From IMG/VR virus record IMGVR_UViG_3300010361_000001: DNA of 64,000 nucleotides; one strand, given 5' to 3'. Below the pieces are notes generated by a model, which saw only the letters and a list, made by a program, of their open reading frames with translations, searched no databases and was not told the DNA's origin. Below, piece after piece: positions 39,341 through 49,154 of this stretch. Origin of the DNA: an uncultured virus (IMG/VR IMGVR_UViG_3300010361_000001) (Duplodnaviria; Heunggongvirae; Uroviricota; Caudoviricetes). Each line of letters begins with the position of its first letter. Within the stretch, counting starts at the first letter, position 1. The position numbers and the translations under genes are program-made.

Positions 39341-40423
39341 ATGGCTACCGCAACCGCAACCAAGACCAAGATCCAGCACAAGGGCCGTGTCACCCGCACG
39401 GTACGCGATGTCTACGCTGAGATCACCACCAAGATGATCGCTGCCCTCAAGGGCGGCAAGATCCCCTGGCACAAGCCCTGGCGGGTCACCGGCCTGGGCA
39501 GTGGCTGTGGCCCTGTCTCGCTGGCGACCGGCAAGCTGTATCGGGGCATCAACGTGTACCTGCTCATGCTCGCAGCCCAGGAGAAGGGCTACAGGACTGA
39601 CGCCTGGGGCACCTTCAATCAGATGGCTGAGCTAGCTGGCATGGTGCGTACCGAGATCAACGGACGCGTCAAGTACCTCTCGCCCACCCTGCCTGATGGC
39701 ACCGTCGATCCCACCCCCAGGGGCGTCCGCAAGGGTGAGCGCAGCACTGAGATCGTGTTCTGGAAAATCCTGAAGAAGGAAGAGTGGGACGAGACCAAGG
39801 GCAAGAACGTCACCAAGACCATCCCCCTGCTGCGCTTCTTCCACGTCTTCAACATGGACCAGTGCGAGTTCCCTGAGGGCACCAAGGGCGCCCGGATCAT
39901 GGACAGGCTGGCCCATCAGCCTGAGGTGACCCCCGCTGAGCGTGACGAGGTCGCTGAGAGCCTGCTCGCCAACTACCTGGCAACCGGCCCGTCGCTGGGC
40001 CACGGGGGCGACAGCGCTCACTACGTGCCAGCCGCTGACCACATCCAGATGCCCAAGGTGGAGGACTTCGACAGCAGCGAGCATTACCTGTCCACGCTCT
40101 ATCACGAGGTCACCCACTCGACGGGCCATGACTCCAGGCTCAAGCGTGAGGGCATCGCCAAGGGCACGTTCGGCGGGTTCGGCTCCAAGGTCTACAGCGA
40201 GGAAGAGCTAGTGGCCGAAATGGGCGCCAGCATGCTCTGTGCCATCGCTGACGTCGAGCAGGCTGCGATATTCGACAACAGCGTGGCCTACATCCAGCAC
40301 TGGATTTCCAAGCTGGAGCAGGACGACAAGCTGATCATCCGGGCGGCTGCCCAGGCTCAGAAGGCCGTGGACCTCGTCCTGGGGACCACGTTCGATGACG
40401 AAGAGGAAGGGGGCGAGTCATGA
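39341..40423 (+). CDS. ardC: ArdC-like antirestriction protein (ssDNA-binding + zincin), leaderless
   Basis: IPWHKPW, YRGIN, W.TFNQ, VRKGE, VFN..Q, HEVTHSTGH..RL.R, EELVAEMG. Confidence 0.9.
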   Translation: MATATATKTKIQHKGRVTRTVRDVYAEITTKMIAALKGGKIPWHKPWRVTGLGSGCGPVSLATGKLYRGINVYLLMLAAQEKGYRTDAWGTFNQMAELAGMVRTEINGRVKYLSPTLPDGTVDPTPRGVRKGERSTEIVFWKILKKEEWDETKGKNVTKTIPLLRFFHVFNMDQCEFPEGTKGARIMDRLAHQPEVTPAERDEVAESLLANYLATGPSLGHGGDSAHYVPAADHIQMPKVEDFDSSEHYLSTLYHEVTHSTGHDSRLKREGIAKGTFGGFGSKVYSEEELVAEMGASMLCAIADVEQAAIFDNSVAYIQHWISKLEQDDKLIIRAAAQAQKAVDLVLGTTFDDEEEGGES

Positions 40424-40583
40424 TCCCCTTTCATGCCTGGTATGACCCAGGTGACGGGACGCTGGAACCCTGCCTGGTGCTGGGCCGCTCAATGTGGCCT
40501 GGCACCTGGAGGGTCCAGGTTGAGGGCAGCCAGACCAAGTTGGTGCGGGCTGTCATGGACCACGAGGGGAATGTGAGGAAGCC

Positions 40584-41132
40584 ATGAATGAGCCATGGAG
40601 AGTCAGCGATGACTGGATCGACCCAGGCCAGGCCCGGACCTACCAGGAGTGGGTCCAGGCCAACCAGGCGATGGAGTGCAAGTTCTGTGGCGGGCGTGGC
40701 TACATCTTCACTGAGGATGTCCAGGGCATGCCCAGCACCCAGGTGGAGTGCCCCTACTGCCATGGCTGGCGACACAACGGCTGGGTGGCTGAGCGGCGGT
40801 CCAAGAGGTTCGATGTGTGGGACCGGCGCCGAAACTGGCTCATAGGTCTCACCATCTTCCTGTGGGCCACCGGCAACGCCTGGCCTGGTGGTGACTACAG
40901 CAGTGCTGGTGCCCTGCTCGTGGTCATCCACATAGGTCTCTGGCTGGCCCTCCTGGGCGGCTGGGTGGCCTGGTTGGTCAACCGTCGACCCAAGGAAGAG
41001 AAGCCCAACCAGGGGCCTCCTAAGCACGCACCAGGCTTCAACGACCAGCGCGAGGCCAATGCCCTGGGCCTCTACGGTGCAGCCCTGGGCATCCGGGGCC
41101 TCCTGGGCGAGTGGTTCGGGAAGAAACGATGA
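40584..41132 (+). CDS. membrane protein with Zn-finger
   Basis: CKFCGGRG, CPYCHG, two hydrophobic helices. Confidence 0.65.
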   Translation: MNEPWRVSDDWIDPGQARTYQEWVQANQAMECKFCGGRGYIFTEDVQGMPSTQVECPYCHGWRHNGWVAERRSKRFDVWDRRRNWLIGLTIFLWATGNAWPGGDYSSAGALLVVIHIGLWLALLGGWVAWLVNRRPKEEKPNQGPPKHAPGFNDQREANALGLYGAALGIRGLLGEWFGKKR

Positions 41133-41458
41133 TCACCTTTGACGAGGACATCCACTGCCGTGGCTGTGCTGGCCGTGGTGAGCATCCCAGGCGCGAGGGC
41201 GATTGGTGCCCCGAGTGCAATGGCTCTGGCTACAAAGGAGATCCAGATCTCATCCGGGCCGATGTCCAGGTATAGCCATGTCATCGTGGCCTACCTGCCA
41301 GCGGCCCCTGGGAAGCCCTACAGCGGCCCCGTACGGGCTGGCTGTGGCCGACGCCTGGCTGGCCTGGGCAACGTCACCTGGATCCAACCAGGGGAGGCTG
41401 AGCGGCACCTGGACTGCCCAGGCTGCCTACGATATGTCCAGGGGATCCTGGCAAGATA

Positions 41459-41492
41459 AATCGCATGGGTGACACCACTCACCCATGCGGAC
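41459..41492 (+). promoter_or_regulatory. 14-6-14 inverted-repeat promoter element
   Basis: ATCGCATGGGTGA-CACCAC-TCACCCATGCGGAC, 4 nt, TAGTCT. Confidence 0.85.
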
Positions 41493-41543
41493 CTGATAGT
41501 CTGACTGACAGCTACACCTACCACACACAGAAAGGCAAGACCG

Positions 41544-41771
41544 TTGTTCATCATCACCGCATTCCTTTGGGAGGATCGTGGTGGCACCCGCATGGTTGTG
41601 GGGTGCGAACAGATGGCGCGTCGCACGTACGACGCCATCGGCACCCTGGGCTACACGGCCCGCATGACCATCGCCCCTGAGGCCCCGGCACGCAGTGCTG
41701 ACGAGGTCGCTAGGGCTGAGCGGCTCGCTGCCCGTCTCGCTCCCATCATCTTCGGGACGGTCCAGTCATGA
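41544..41771 (+). CDS. hypothetical protein
   Basis: TTG after SD GAAAGG. Confidence 0.6.
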   Translation: MFIITAFLWEDRGGTRMVVGCEQMARRTYDAIGTLGYTARMTIAPEAPARSADEVARAERLAARLAPIIFGTVQS

Positions 41772-42247
41772 CCAAGGCCACCCTCCGCAACACCATCCGC
41801 ACTGAGACCGAAGTCCTCCAGTCCGACGTCGAGACCAGGGGCGACGAGGTGGTCATGGTCACCAACATCAAGGTCACCACCCGCACCTATGACGGGCGTG
41901 GCTTCGCCAAGGCTGACGAGGCATATCAGACCATCGTCCTGCCCATCCGCCAGGTGGAGAACCTCATGTCCTCGCTGGCCTCAGGCATGACCTACGTACT
42001 CTCCGGCGACCAGGCCAACGATGGCTACAGCCACCAGGACGAGCGCTTCAAGATCTTCTCCATCCGCCACTTCCATGACACAGCGACCATCATCGGTCAC
42101 TTCTACTCCTGGAATGAGGCCCGTGAGTACGTGACCTGGGCCAAGCGCCTGGGCATCGACACCAAGTTTTGGGCGCTCTACAACGACGAGCGTGACGAGG
42201 GCCACAACAACCCCGTGGACTATCTCAGCCTGGAGCAGACACGATGA
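41768..42247 (+). CDS. hypothetical protein
   Basis: ATGA-coupled. Confidence 0.7.
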   Translation: MTKATLRNTIRTETEVLQSDVETRGDEVVMVTNIKVTTRTYDGRGFAKADEAYQTIVLPIRQVENLMSSLASGMTYVLSGDQANDGYSHQDERFKIFSIRHFHDTATIIGHFYSWNEAREYVTWAKRLGIDTKFWALYNDERDEGHNNPVDYLSLEQTR

Positions 42248-42525
42248 GCGACCGCAACTTCGGCTACATGCCAGACGGTCACGTCGAGGTGACCATCCGC
42301 ATCCACATCCCACAGACCCCGGACCAGCCCCACGCTCGCCCGTCCATGAACTTCATCGCTGAACTGGCTGCCACGCTGAACCAGGGCATCGACAACCCCG
42401 ATGAGTGGGCCGTTGTCGAGCTACTGGATGGCAAGGACGCTGGCTTCGCCGCCAATGGCAGCGGCTCACAGATTCTCCACACGGTGAGCGGCTGGGGCGC
42501 AGGCAAGGACCGGCTGGCATGGTGA
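42244..42525 (+). CDS. hypothetical protein
   Basis: ATGA-coupled. Confidence 0.65.
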   Translation: MSDRNFGYMPDGHVEVTIRIHIPQTPDQPHARPSMNFIAELAATLNQGIDNPDEWAVVELLDGKDAGFAANGSGSQILHTVSGWGAGKDRLAW

Positions 42526-42998
42526 CCCCCAAGCAGGGCCTCATCGCCCACCTGGAGACGCTGCACCAGGAGTACAGCAACCGTGGCAACCACCGGCAGC
42601 TAGCGCTGCACCACCGGCACCTCCACGATGGAGTGCTGACACACTCACACAGCCCCGATGGCTGGGCCACTGGACACGATCAGCGTGCGACACCTATCAC
42701 GCTGATCAAGCCCAAGAACCCCAGCAGCAGCAAGGCTGAGGATCGCAACTGGACCCTCCAGATCAGCGGTCACCCCAACAAGGACATGGTGCAGTTCGTG
42801 CGCCTCTACGCCACCAGGGATGGTGACGACAAGGGCGCCAAGCAGGCCGCTGAGCAGTGGCTGGGCTGGGCCGTCGCTGAGTGGGTGCCTCTCGCTGGAG
42901 GGTTCGGAGTCAAGGATGACTTCACCACCACGGCTGCCAAGGCTGCCGCCACCAACGCCCTATTTGAGAAGTACTTACCAGGAGGAACATCGGAATGA
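42519..42998 (+). CDS. hypothetical His-rich protein
   Basis: coupled. Confidence 0.6.
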   Translation: MVTPKQGLIAHLETLHQEYSNRGNHRQLALHHRHLHDGVLTHSHSPDGWATGHDQRATPITLIKPKNPSSSKAEDRNWTLQISGHPNKDMVQFVRLYATRDGDDKGAKQAAEQWLGWAVAEWVPLAGGFGVKDDFTTTAAKAAATNALFEKYLPGGTSE

Positions 42999-43810
42999 AG
43001 ATGACCGTGACCGGTCTCCCCAATGAGATCTACGTCAGAGACAAGTGGTACCCCATCAAGATCCAGGCCAACGGCTGGATGCGGGTAGCCATCAACCCCA
43101 AGGCTCGCTACCCCGATCATGTCGAGGGCAAGAACCTGGGTGAGGTGCGGCGTGGCATCGAGCGCTACCTGGACGCCAAGGCCGAAGAGCGCCAGGCCAC
43201 CAAGAGCCGCAAGGCACAACTGGAGACCGCTGTGACCGTCGACGCGTACGTCGGCATTCGCCAGGTCAAGGTGCGGGGCCAGCACGCCAGCAGTGGCGAG
43301 TACCTCGTCACCTACCAGGACGATGGTGAGAAGGGCACCGTGGGTGGCCTCATGAGCATCGAGACCGACATGGGCCTCTACAGCGCCATCGCTGAGCAGG
43401 TCAAGGAACTGAGCATGAAGCGCTACGACCTCCAGCATGGCTACCACGAGGCCAGCCGGGAGTTTGAGGACGAAGAGGTCCAGGTGATGTACCGGGACGC
43501 TGAGGACGACTACAAGGCCACCTGGGGCGGCTGGACGATGACGGCGCCCACCGTGTTTGAACTGCGTGACTCGCTGATCGAGCGGGCCGTCATCAACAAG
43601 TACCCCTGGAGCATCCAGGACGACAAGCCCATGCTCACCCGTGAACTGGACGCACCCAGGCGCACCCACTACCTCTTCATGACCCAGGAGCAGGCCCAGG
43701 AGTACCTCGACATCGAGGCTCGCTTCCAGGCCCTCCAGGAGGAACTCCAGTCGGTCATCGTCCCCTTCGACTACCCGACTGAACTGGAGAGGGCCACTGC
43801 TCGTGCCTGA
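42995..43810 (+). CDS. hypothetical protein
   Basis: SD AGGAGG, 271 aa. Confidence 0.75.
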   Translation: MKMTVTGLPNEIYVRDKWYPIKIQANGWMRVAINPKARYPDHVEGKNLGEVRRGIERYLDAKAEERQATKSRKAQLETAVTVDAYVGIRQVKVRGQHASSGEYLVTYQDDGEKGTVGGLMSIETDMGLYSAIAEQVKELSMKRYDLQHGYHEASREFEDEEVQVMYRDAEDDYKATWGGWTMTAPTVFELRDSLIERAVINKYPWSIQDDKPMLTRELDAPRRTHYLFMTQEQAQEYLDIEARFQALQEELQSVIVPFDYPTELERATARA

Positions 43811-44225
43811 GCCGATCCCCATCCGCAAAGAGTCCTGCACCGCATGCCCCTACCGGAGGGACGTGCCCTCCGGTGTATGGGCTGCCAGCGAGTACGAGAA
43901 GCTCGCTGGCTACGACAACGAGACCCAGGAGCAGCCCATGGGCGTGTTCCACTGCCACGCCACGCCGGATGTCATCTGCCATGGCTGGGCCACCGTCCAC
44001 GGGCGCCAGGAGGGCGCTCACGAACTGATCTCGCTGCGCCTGGCCGCTGGCATGGGCCTGTTCGACTTCGCTGAGCTAGACAAGGTCAGGGAGGGCACCC
44101 CGCTGTTCTCCAGTGGCGCTGAGGCGTGCGAGCATGGCAAGCGTGACATCGAGAACCCCTCCCAGGAGGCCATGGACGTGGTCGCTCGCTTGAGCGACAA
44201 GTACGAGCGGCTGCGCTTCCGATGA
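43803..44225 (+). CDS. DUF6283-like protein
   Basis: CTACPYRRDVPSGVW...FHCH...CHGW. Confidence 0.7.
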   Translation: MPEPIPIRKESCTACPYRRDVPSGVWAASEYEKLAGYDNETQEQPMGVFHCHATPDVICHGWATVHGRQEGAHELISLRLAAGMGLFDFAELDKVREGTPLFSSGAEACEHGKRDIENPSQEAMDVVARLSDKYERLRFR

Positions 44226-44367
44226 GCGGCGTCGGCTGGGTCATCGCTGCCATCGGGTTCTCGACTGGCTGCATCCTCGCTGCCATCAGGAATCTTAGAA
44301 AAAAACTTTGACACTTGCCCGGACAAGCCTCCTTGTTTCTACGTAGAGACGAGGAAGGAGGTGAGTT

Positions 44368-44781
44368 ATGAGCAAGGAATCACCGTTTTACGACATGCCT
44401 GGGGGCATGGACATCGCCCACTACTTCATTGACGAGTGGTGCCAGAAGTTCGATGCCCAGGGCGCCGATGGCATGCCACTGTGGAGGGAGGGACGCGCCT
44501 ACAGCTACATGTGGCTGGAGGCCAAGGTCGACCATGACCTGGAGCAGTATTTCCTCCTGGACATCCGCACCGCCCAGGGCGAGGCCCCCTTCGATGAGTA
44601 CAGGGACTACCTGTTCGTCAGCGTGGGCGTGGGCTGCAAGGTGGAGTGCGAGTGGCACAACCACCCCGTGCGCTTCGACGCGCCCACCGATGACCACCTG
44701 GACCGGCTCAACAAGGGTCTGAAGTGGTTTGTTCAGTCGGTGGTGGAGGGGACTGAGCGGGTGGTGGAGGCGAACTCCTAG
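44368..44781 (+). CDS. hypothetical protein
   Basis: very strong SD AAGGAGGTGAG. Confidence 0.7.
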   Translation: MSKESPFYDMPGGMDIAHYFIDEWCQKFDAQGADGMPLWREGRAYSYMWLEAKVDHDLEQYFLLDIRTAQGEAPFDEYRDYLFVSVGVGCKVECEWHNHPVRFDAPTDDHLDRLNKGLKWFVQSVVEGTERVVEANS

Positions 44782-44828
44782 CCACGAACGACCAGTCGAG
44801 GATCCACTGCTCAAACTCGTCTGGCTCG

Positions 44829-45431
44829 TTATCCGCCACGCCTGATCTCCTGGATGGAGTTGAGGGGGTAGAGACGCTCCCGATACCCATCCAGGATCAG
44901 GTAGGTGGCGCCAGCAGTATCCTTGATGTCGCTCAGCACGCCCGTGGCGTCATGCCAGTCCACGTTGAAGACCAGGGTCACGCGCTCGCCCACGAGGGCC
45001 TCAGCCTGCCCCCTGGTGGGCTGGCCCATAGAAGCCCGTGCCTCAGAAATAAAGGCGTCTTGGTACTTCCGGTCGGAAATGTTTTTTGCGCCGCTCCTGC
45101 GGGCTGCTGGGTGCCTCTCAGTGGCATCCACAGGTATGAGGGAACTGGTGTATGTGGCAGTCCCAGGGGCATCCTCGTAGGCATGGCGCAACTGGGTGGG
45201 CGTGACCTCCACCTCCGGCACGTACGGCTCGCCCCTCTTGACCGTCACCAGGGCTGAGGCCAGGGCACCGATGGCCCGCCAGATCCTCTCGGACAGGTCG
45301 TTCTTCTCCAGGTTGTCCTCAGCCTCCCAGGCCATGACCACCTCGTGGGCGGCATCCCTCAGCGGGTCGTAGCGGCTCTCACTGGAGGCGGCGTCCAGCT
45401 TGGACTCGTACTCGTCACGAGAAGATGACAT
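44829..45431 (-). CDS. hypothetical protein
   Basis: SD GGAGG. Confidence 0.65.
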   Translation of the reverse strand: MSSSRDEYESKLDAASSESRYDPLRDAAHEVVMAWEAEDNLEKNDLSERIWRAIGALASALVTVKRGEPYVPEVEVTPTQLRHAYEDAPGTATYTSSLIPVDATERHPAARRSGAKNISDRKYQDAFISEARASMGQPTRGQAEALVGERVTLVFNVDWHDATGVLSDIKDTAGATYLILDGYRERLYPLNSIQEIRRGG

Positions 45432-45813
45432 CTTGCCTCCAGTGGGCAGCAGTCCGCAGCCCCCGGATGAACTGCTGGGTCAACAGTACCCAGGCAGGCG
45501 TGCTGCCTGGGGCACTCATGATGTGTTCTATGCGCTCCAGGCAGTCAGCCAGGTAGGGCGCGTGCTGCCACTTGATGATGCCCTTGTCCTCGTAGTGGGC
45601 CAGGAGGATCAGGAGAGGGTCATCCGGCGCCCCATTGGGCCACTCACCCAGGAGATCCTCGTGGCTGAAGGCTCCGATGTCGATCCTGGGCATGACCGGC
45701 CCGCCCTGGTTGCGGAAGTCCATGAGGCCGTACCCAGCCGCCTGCGCCCACATGCAGCGCAGGTTGTCGAACTGGGCCTCACTGCCGTTGAAGCACCCGT
45801 GGTCAACGTCCAC
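45415..45813 (-). CDS. hypothetical protein
   Basis: DPLLILLAH..D.G motif; coupled. Confidence 0.65.
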   Translation of the reverse strand: MDVDHGCFNGSEAQFDNLRCMWAQAAGYGLMDFRNQGGPVMPRIDIGAFSHEDLLGEWPNGAPDDPLLILLAHYEDKGIIKWQHAPYLADCLERIEHIMSAPGSTPAWVLLTQQFIRGLRTAAHWRQDVIFS

Positions 45814-46519
45814 GGGTCTCGTACTGCTTCCAGTCCACCCCAGGTAGCTGAAGCTGCTCGTGCTGTACGTCCTCCAGGAGGCGCACCTGGGGCCTGGCGG
45901 TCTGCCTGGCGGGCGTGGGGCCGAACTGGTTCTGGTAGTTGTTGCGGCGCTCTGGATGGCCGTAGGGCCACTCGCTGGGCCTGGACATCATCCAGAACTT
46001 CATCTGAGCGATGATCAGGCCAGGCGTCAGCTTCACTGGGACGGGACTCAGATTGCTGATTTCAAGGGTCGCAGTGCCGTTAAAGCCGGGGTCAAAGAAG
46101 CCCGCTGTGGAGTGGACCTGGATGCCCATGCGCCCAATCCTGGACTTGCCGGTTAGCTCTCCGGCGATGTCGTAGGGGAAGGTGAAGGTCTCGACTGAGG
46201 TGCCCAGCACGAACTCCCCTGGGCGCAGCAGGTAGTAGCCGACGTCGTACCACTCCTGCTCGTTGTCATCAATGTTGACCAGCTTGGTGTAGTCCTTGAC
46301 GTCGAGGGGGTCGATGACTTCCACCAGGGGGTCGAACACCCGGAACTGGGATCCCAGGGCGATCTCGTAGCTGGCGGGCTGGAGCCGCTCTTTCTCCCAG
46401 GGGACGATGCCCAGGTGTTCGCTCTTGTGACTGGGTGGCACGTTGACGCGCCGGTTGAAGATGTCGGCGCTCTCCAGGAGGCCGGATCCGTAGATCCTGC
46501 GATCGGTCACAGCGAGCAT
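45803..46519 (-). CDS. dcd: dCTP deaminase
   Basis: LQPASYE, LRPGEFVLG, GKSRIGRMG, AGFFDPGF.G..TLE, YQNQ.GPT. Confidence 0.9.
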   Translation of the reverse strand: MLAVTDRRIYGSGLLESADIFNRRVNVPPSHKSEHLGIVPWEKERLQPASYEIALGSQFRVFDPLVEVIDPLDVKDYTKLVNIDDNEQEWYDVGYYLLRPGEFVLGTSVETFTFPYDIAGELTGKSRIGRMGIQVHSTAGFFDPGFNGTATLEISNLSPVPVKLTPGLIIAQMKFWMMSRPSEWPYGHPERRNNYQNQFGPTPARQTARPQVRLLEDVQHEQLQLPGVDWKQYETRGR

Positions 46520-46731
46520 CCTGGCTTCAACTGAAGGGCTGCCATCTGATTGACCGGGATGTAGACCCAGCCGTTGTTGGTCTGGATGTGGTAGCTGCCC
46601 ATGGTGGGGCCACCCGGCATGAGCGCCCCCAGGTTGGGCAGGAAGCTGGGGACAGCGGTGACGATGGTGGTGTAGTTGATCCCAGTGGTGGTGCGACCAT
46701 CCTGGGTCTGACAAGTGACTTGTGTACTCAT
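46507..46731 (-). CDS. hypothetical protein
   Basis: operon position. Confidence 0.5.
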   Translation of the reverse strand: MSTQVTCQTQDGRTTTGINYTTIVTAVPSFLPNLGALMPGGPTMGSYHIQTNNGWVYIPVNQMAALQLKPGCSL

Positions 46732-46735
46732 GTGT

Positions 46736-48547
46736 TCACCAGAGGTTGTAGTGGGATCGTGCCCATGTGGTTAGGTTGCTGAGTTCACTGACAGAGAGCG
46801 GGCTGCCTTTGAAGCCCATGAAGGCGATGCTGCCGCCAAAGCCATAGCCAACCGGCCCGCCAGGAATCTGGAGGTCACCGATGCCGGTGGGTCCGATGTT
46901 GGCAAGGACGGTGACTGGAGCAGCACCGTTGAGCCTCAGGCTGGAGGACGCGCCGTTCCAGTTGGCAACCACCATGTAGGCGACACCAGCCGGGGCAGCG
47001 CTGTTGGTTGGGAATCCCTGCACGATGGACCCGGCGTACATGAACAGTGCATTGGCGCCGCCCGAAGCGCTCTTCAGCCGCAACAGCCAGCGGTTGCTAA
47101 TACCGTCATGAAGACCGCACTCTGCTCCTCCACCAGCGTTCGTGGAGTCGTAGAAGACGATGAACACCGACGTGCCAGGTTGCTGGAGTGCCACGGCCCC
47201 ACTGGTTTGCAGCAAGTTGGTGCTGCGTGTGAGACCTACGGATGGCTGACCATTGAGGTGGGGATCCGACGCGTTGAAGGTGGGGTAGGGCGTTCCCTGA
47301 GCGGTGAGCGCCATGGTGCTTTGCTTCCCAGCATTCCTCCAAGAGGTGACCGAGTTCTGATCCCCAGGGTTCGTCCACTGAGGATCCTCTGCCCAAAAAG
47401 CGTGGTCCCACGCGATGTTCAGCGGGCTGTATGGGTTGAGGGTGGAGGTGCTGCCAATGGTGATGGTGTCGACCGTGTGTAGCTCACCAGCAGCGGCACC
47501 GTAGACATAGACCAGGACATCCATGGAGGCCGCACCAGGCGGGGCTGCCGCTACCGTGACCGCCTGGGTCCAGGTACCAGCTAACTCCACCACGTTATAG
47601 GAGACCATGTTGATGTACGCGCCCGTGGTGTCGTACCACTGGATGTACACCGACACTGTCCGAACCGTGGTGCTGGGCCGAAAATAAGCAGTCGCCACAT
47701 AGGTGTTGTTGGGTATGCAGGTCAAGCCAGTGGTGGCGTGGGCCAGGCGGGCATACATGTCACCAGCAGCTACAGCGGTCATACCCAGGGAGTGGTTCCC
47801 CGTGTTAGCGAAGGAAGCATTGTTGGTCAGGGTGCAGTTGGTGCCCACGGTCCAGTCACCCAGGCCAGCACCCTCCAGGTCGGAGTCCTGGGCGTTGAGC
47901 GCGTTGGGAACCACGCCGTTGGCGCTGTAGATCACGAAGGTGCTGTCACCCTCCAGGGCCACGCCGTAGGTGGACCAGTCCACCGGGAAGGCGTTCAGGG
48001 TGGTGACCGTGTCGGTCATGCTCACCGATGACCAGCCCACAGCCTGGGTGTCAGCCTCGACGTCAAGCTCCGAGTCAGAGTCGGTCATCCAGACCCCTGG
48101 GGAGGTGGGGTCATAGGAGGTGACGTCGATATTCATGCCACTGTTGGCTGCCATCCACACAGAGGGACTGATCTGCGGCGGGATGATGGGTGGCGTGATC
48201 GGGGCAGGTGGCGGGACGTAGCTCGACGGCACGAAGCTGAAGATCCAGGACGTGTCCCAGGTGTCGCCATTGGACACCACAGGTGGCGGGCCTTGGCCCA
48301 CGAGCGCGTACTGGACCTGGAGGCCCAGGCCCTGGAGGGTGGCACCGTCCGGGGCGAAGGTCTGCCAGTTGGGGACGTTGAACGTCAGGATCGAGCCGGG
48401 TGTCCTGGGCAAGTCCTGGACCAGGCTCTGCTCCCCGTCGAGCGGGCCTCCCTGGAGGATCATCTTGACGTAGCCGCTCTTCAGCCCCGTCGAGGCCGAC
48501 ATGCTGACGACGCCGGTCACGGTGGCCTGGGTCTCGACTTGACTCAT
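46736..48547 (-). CDS. putative fibre/virion protein with CBM-like and LamG-like domains, leaderless
   Basis: CBM-like segment resembles that in the 13143 ORF; TACGCT-N6-ATG. Confidence 0.7.
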   Translation of the reverse strand: MSQVETQATVTGVVSMSASTGLKSGYVKMILQGGPLDGEQSLVQDLPRTPGSILTFNVPNWQTFAPDGATLQGLGLQVQYALVGQGPPPVVSNGDTWDTSWIFSFVPSSYVPPPAPITPPIIPPQISPSVWMAANSGMNIDVTSYDPTSPGVWMTDSDSELDVEADTQAVGWSSVSMTDTVTTLNAFPVDWSTYGVALEGDSTFVIYSANGVVPNALNAQDSDLEGAGLGDWTVGTNCTLTNNASFANTGNHSLGMTAVAAGDMYARLAHATTGLTCIPNNTYVATAYFRPSTTVRTVSVYIQWYDTTGAYINMVSYNVVELAGTWTQAVTVAAAPPGAASMDVLVYVYGAAAGELHTVDTITIGSTSTLNPYSPLNIAWDHAFWAEDPQWTNPGDQNSVTSWRNAGKQSTMALTAQGTPYPTFNASDPHLNGQPSVGLTRSTNLLQTSGAVALQQPGTSVFIVFYDSTNAGGGAECGLHDGISNRWLLRLKSASGGANALFMYAGSIVQGFPTNSAAPAGVAYMVVANWNGASSSLRLNGAAPVTVLANIGPTGIGDLQIPGGPVGYGFGGSIAFMGFKGSPLSVSELSNLTTWARSHYNLW

Positions 48548-48659
48548 GCTCCGAGCGTACGTGGGGCCACAGGGCGCCCCTGGGACGGTGGGCGATTGTC
48601 TCCGGAGATATTCGCCCAGGCCCCTGACGGCCCGTGGCTGGCTCTGCTAAAGCTAGAGC

Positions 48660-48995
48660 ATGACTACCACCGAAGACTGGGAAGAGCCTGAGGATAAGTA
48701 CATCGTCTTCAAGCTGGAGGAGTTCAACCGCTGGAACGATCTGGTGGGTGGCACGAAAAGGGCTGGCCTCCAGGGCAGGGTGGACGACGCCGTGGTCATC
48801 CGGCGCAAGGATCCCTTTGCAGCAACAGCCCTTTACACCTACTGCAATACCATCATGAGTTTCCTGGAGCTAATGGACGACAGGGACGCGTCCATGACTG
48901 CGGAAGAGCGTCAGCGGATGCTAGACATTGCGGACTACTTCCACGGCCAGGCCATGGACTCCGAGAAAATAAAGGGTAAGCGACTCCCTGACTGA
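48660..48995 (+). CDS. hypothetical phage protein
   Basis: KYIVFK...AVVIRRKDPFA..AL..Y, ends RLPD. Confidence 0.7.
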   Translation: MTTTEDWEEPEDKYIVFKLEEFNRWNDLVGGTKRAGLQGRVDDAVVIRRKDPFAATALYTYCNTIMSFLELMDDRDASMTAEERQRMLDIADYFHGQAMDSEKIKGKRLPD

Positions 48996-49154
48996 TGAAG
49001 TATTTACGGTGGAGATGGCGGTTATGGCGGGCGCGTCACTACGCCTGGCTGGCGTGGTGTGCCTACTGCAATGACCTGGAGAGAAGCACCAGCCGCCAGG
49101 ACGCCTGGGTGAGGGCCACCCACCATGTAGAAGAGATCCGCCTAGAGCGATAGC

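Noticed and set aside
32297..41492. Dispersed inverted repeats as CRISPR repeats or transposon ends
   Set aside because: Irregular kb spacing, fixed phase to -10 elements, no transposase
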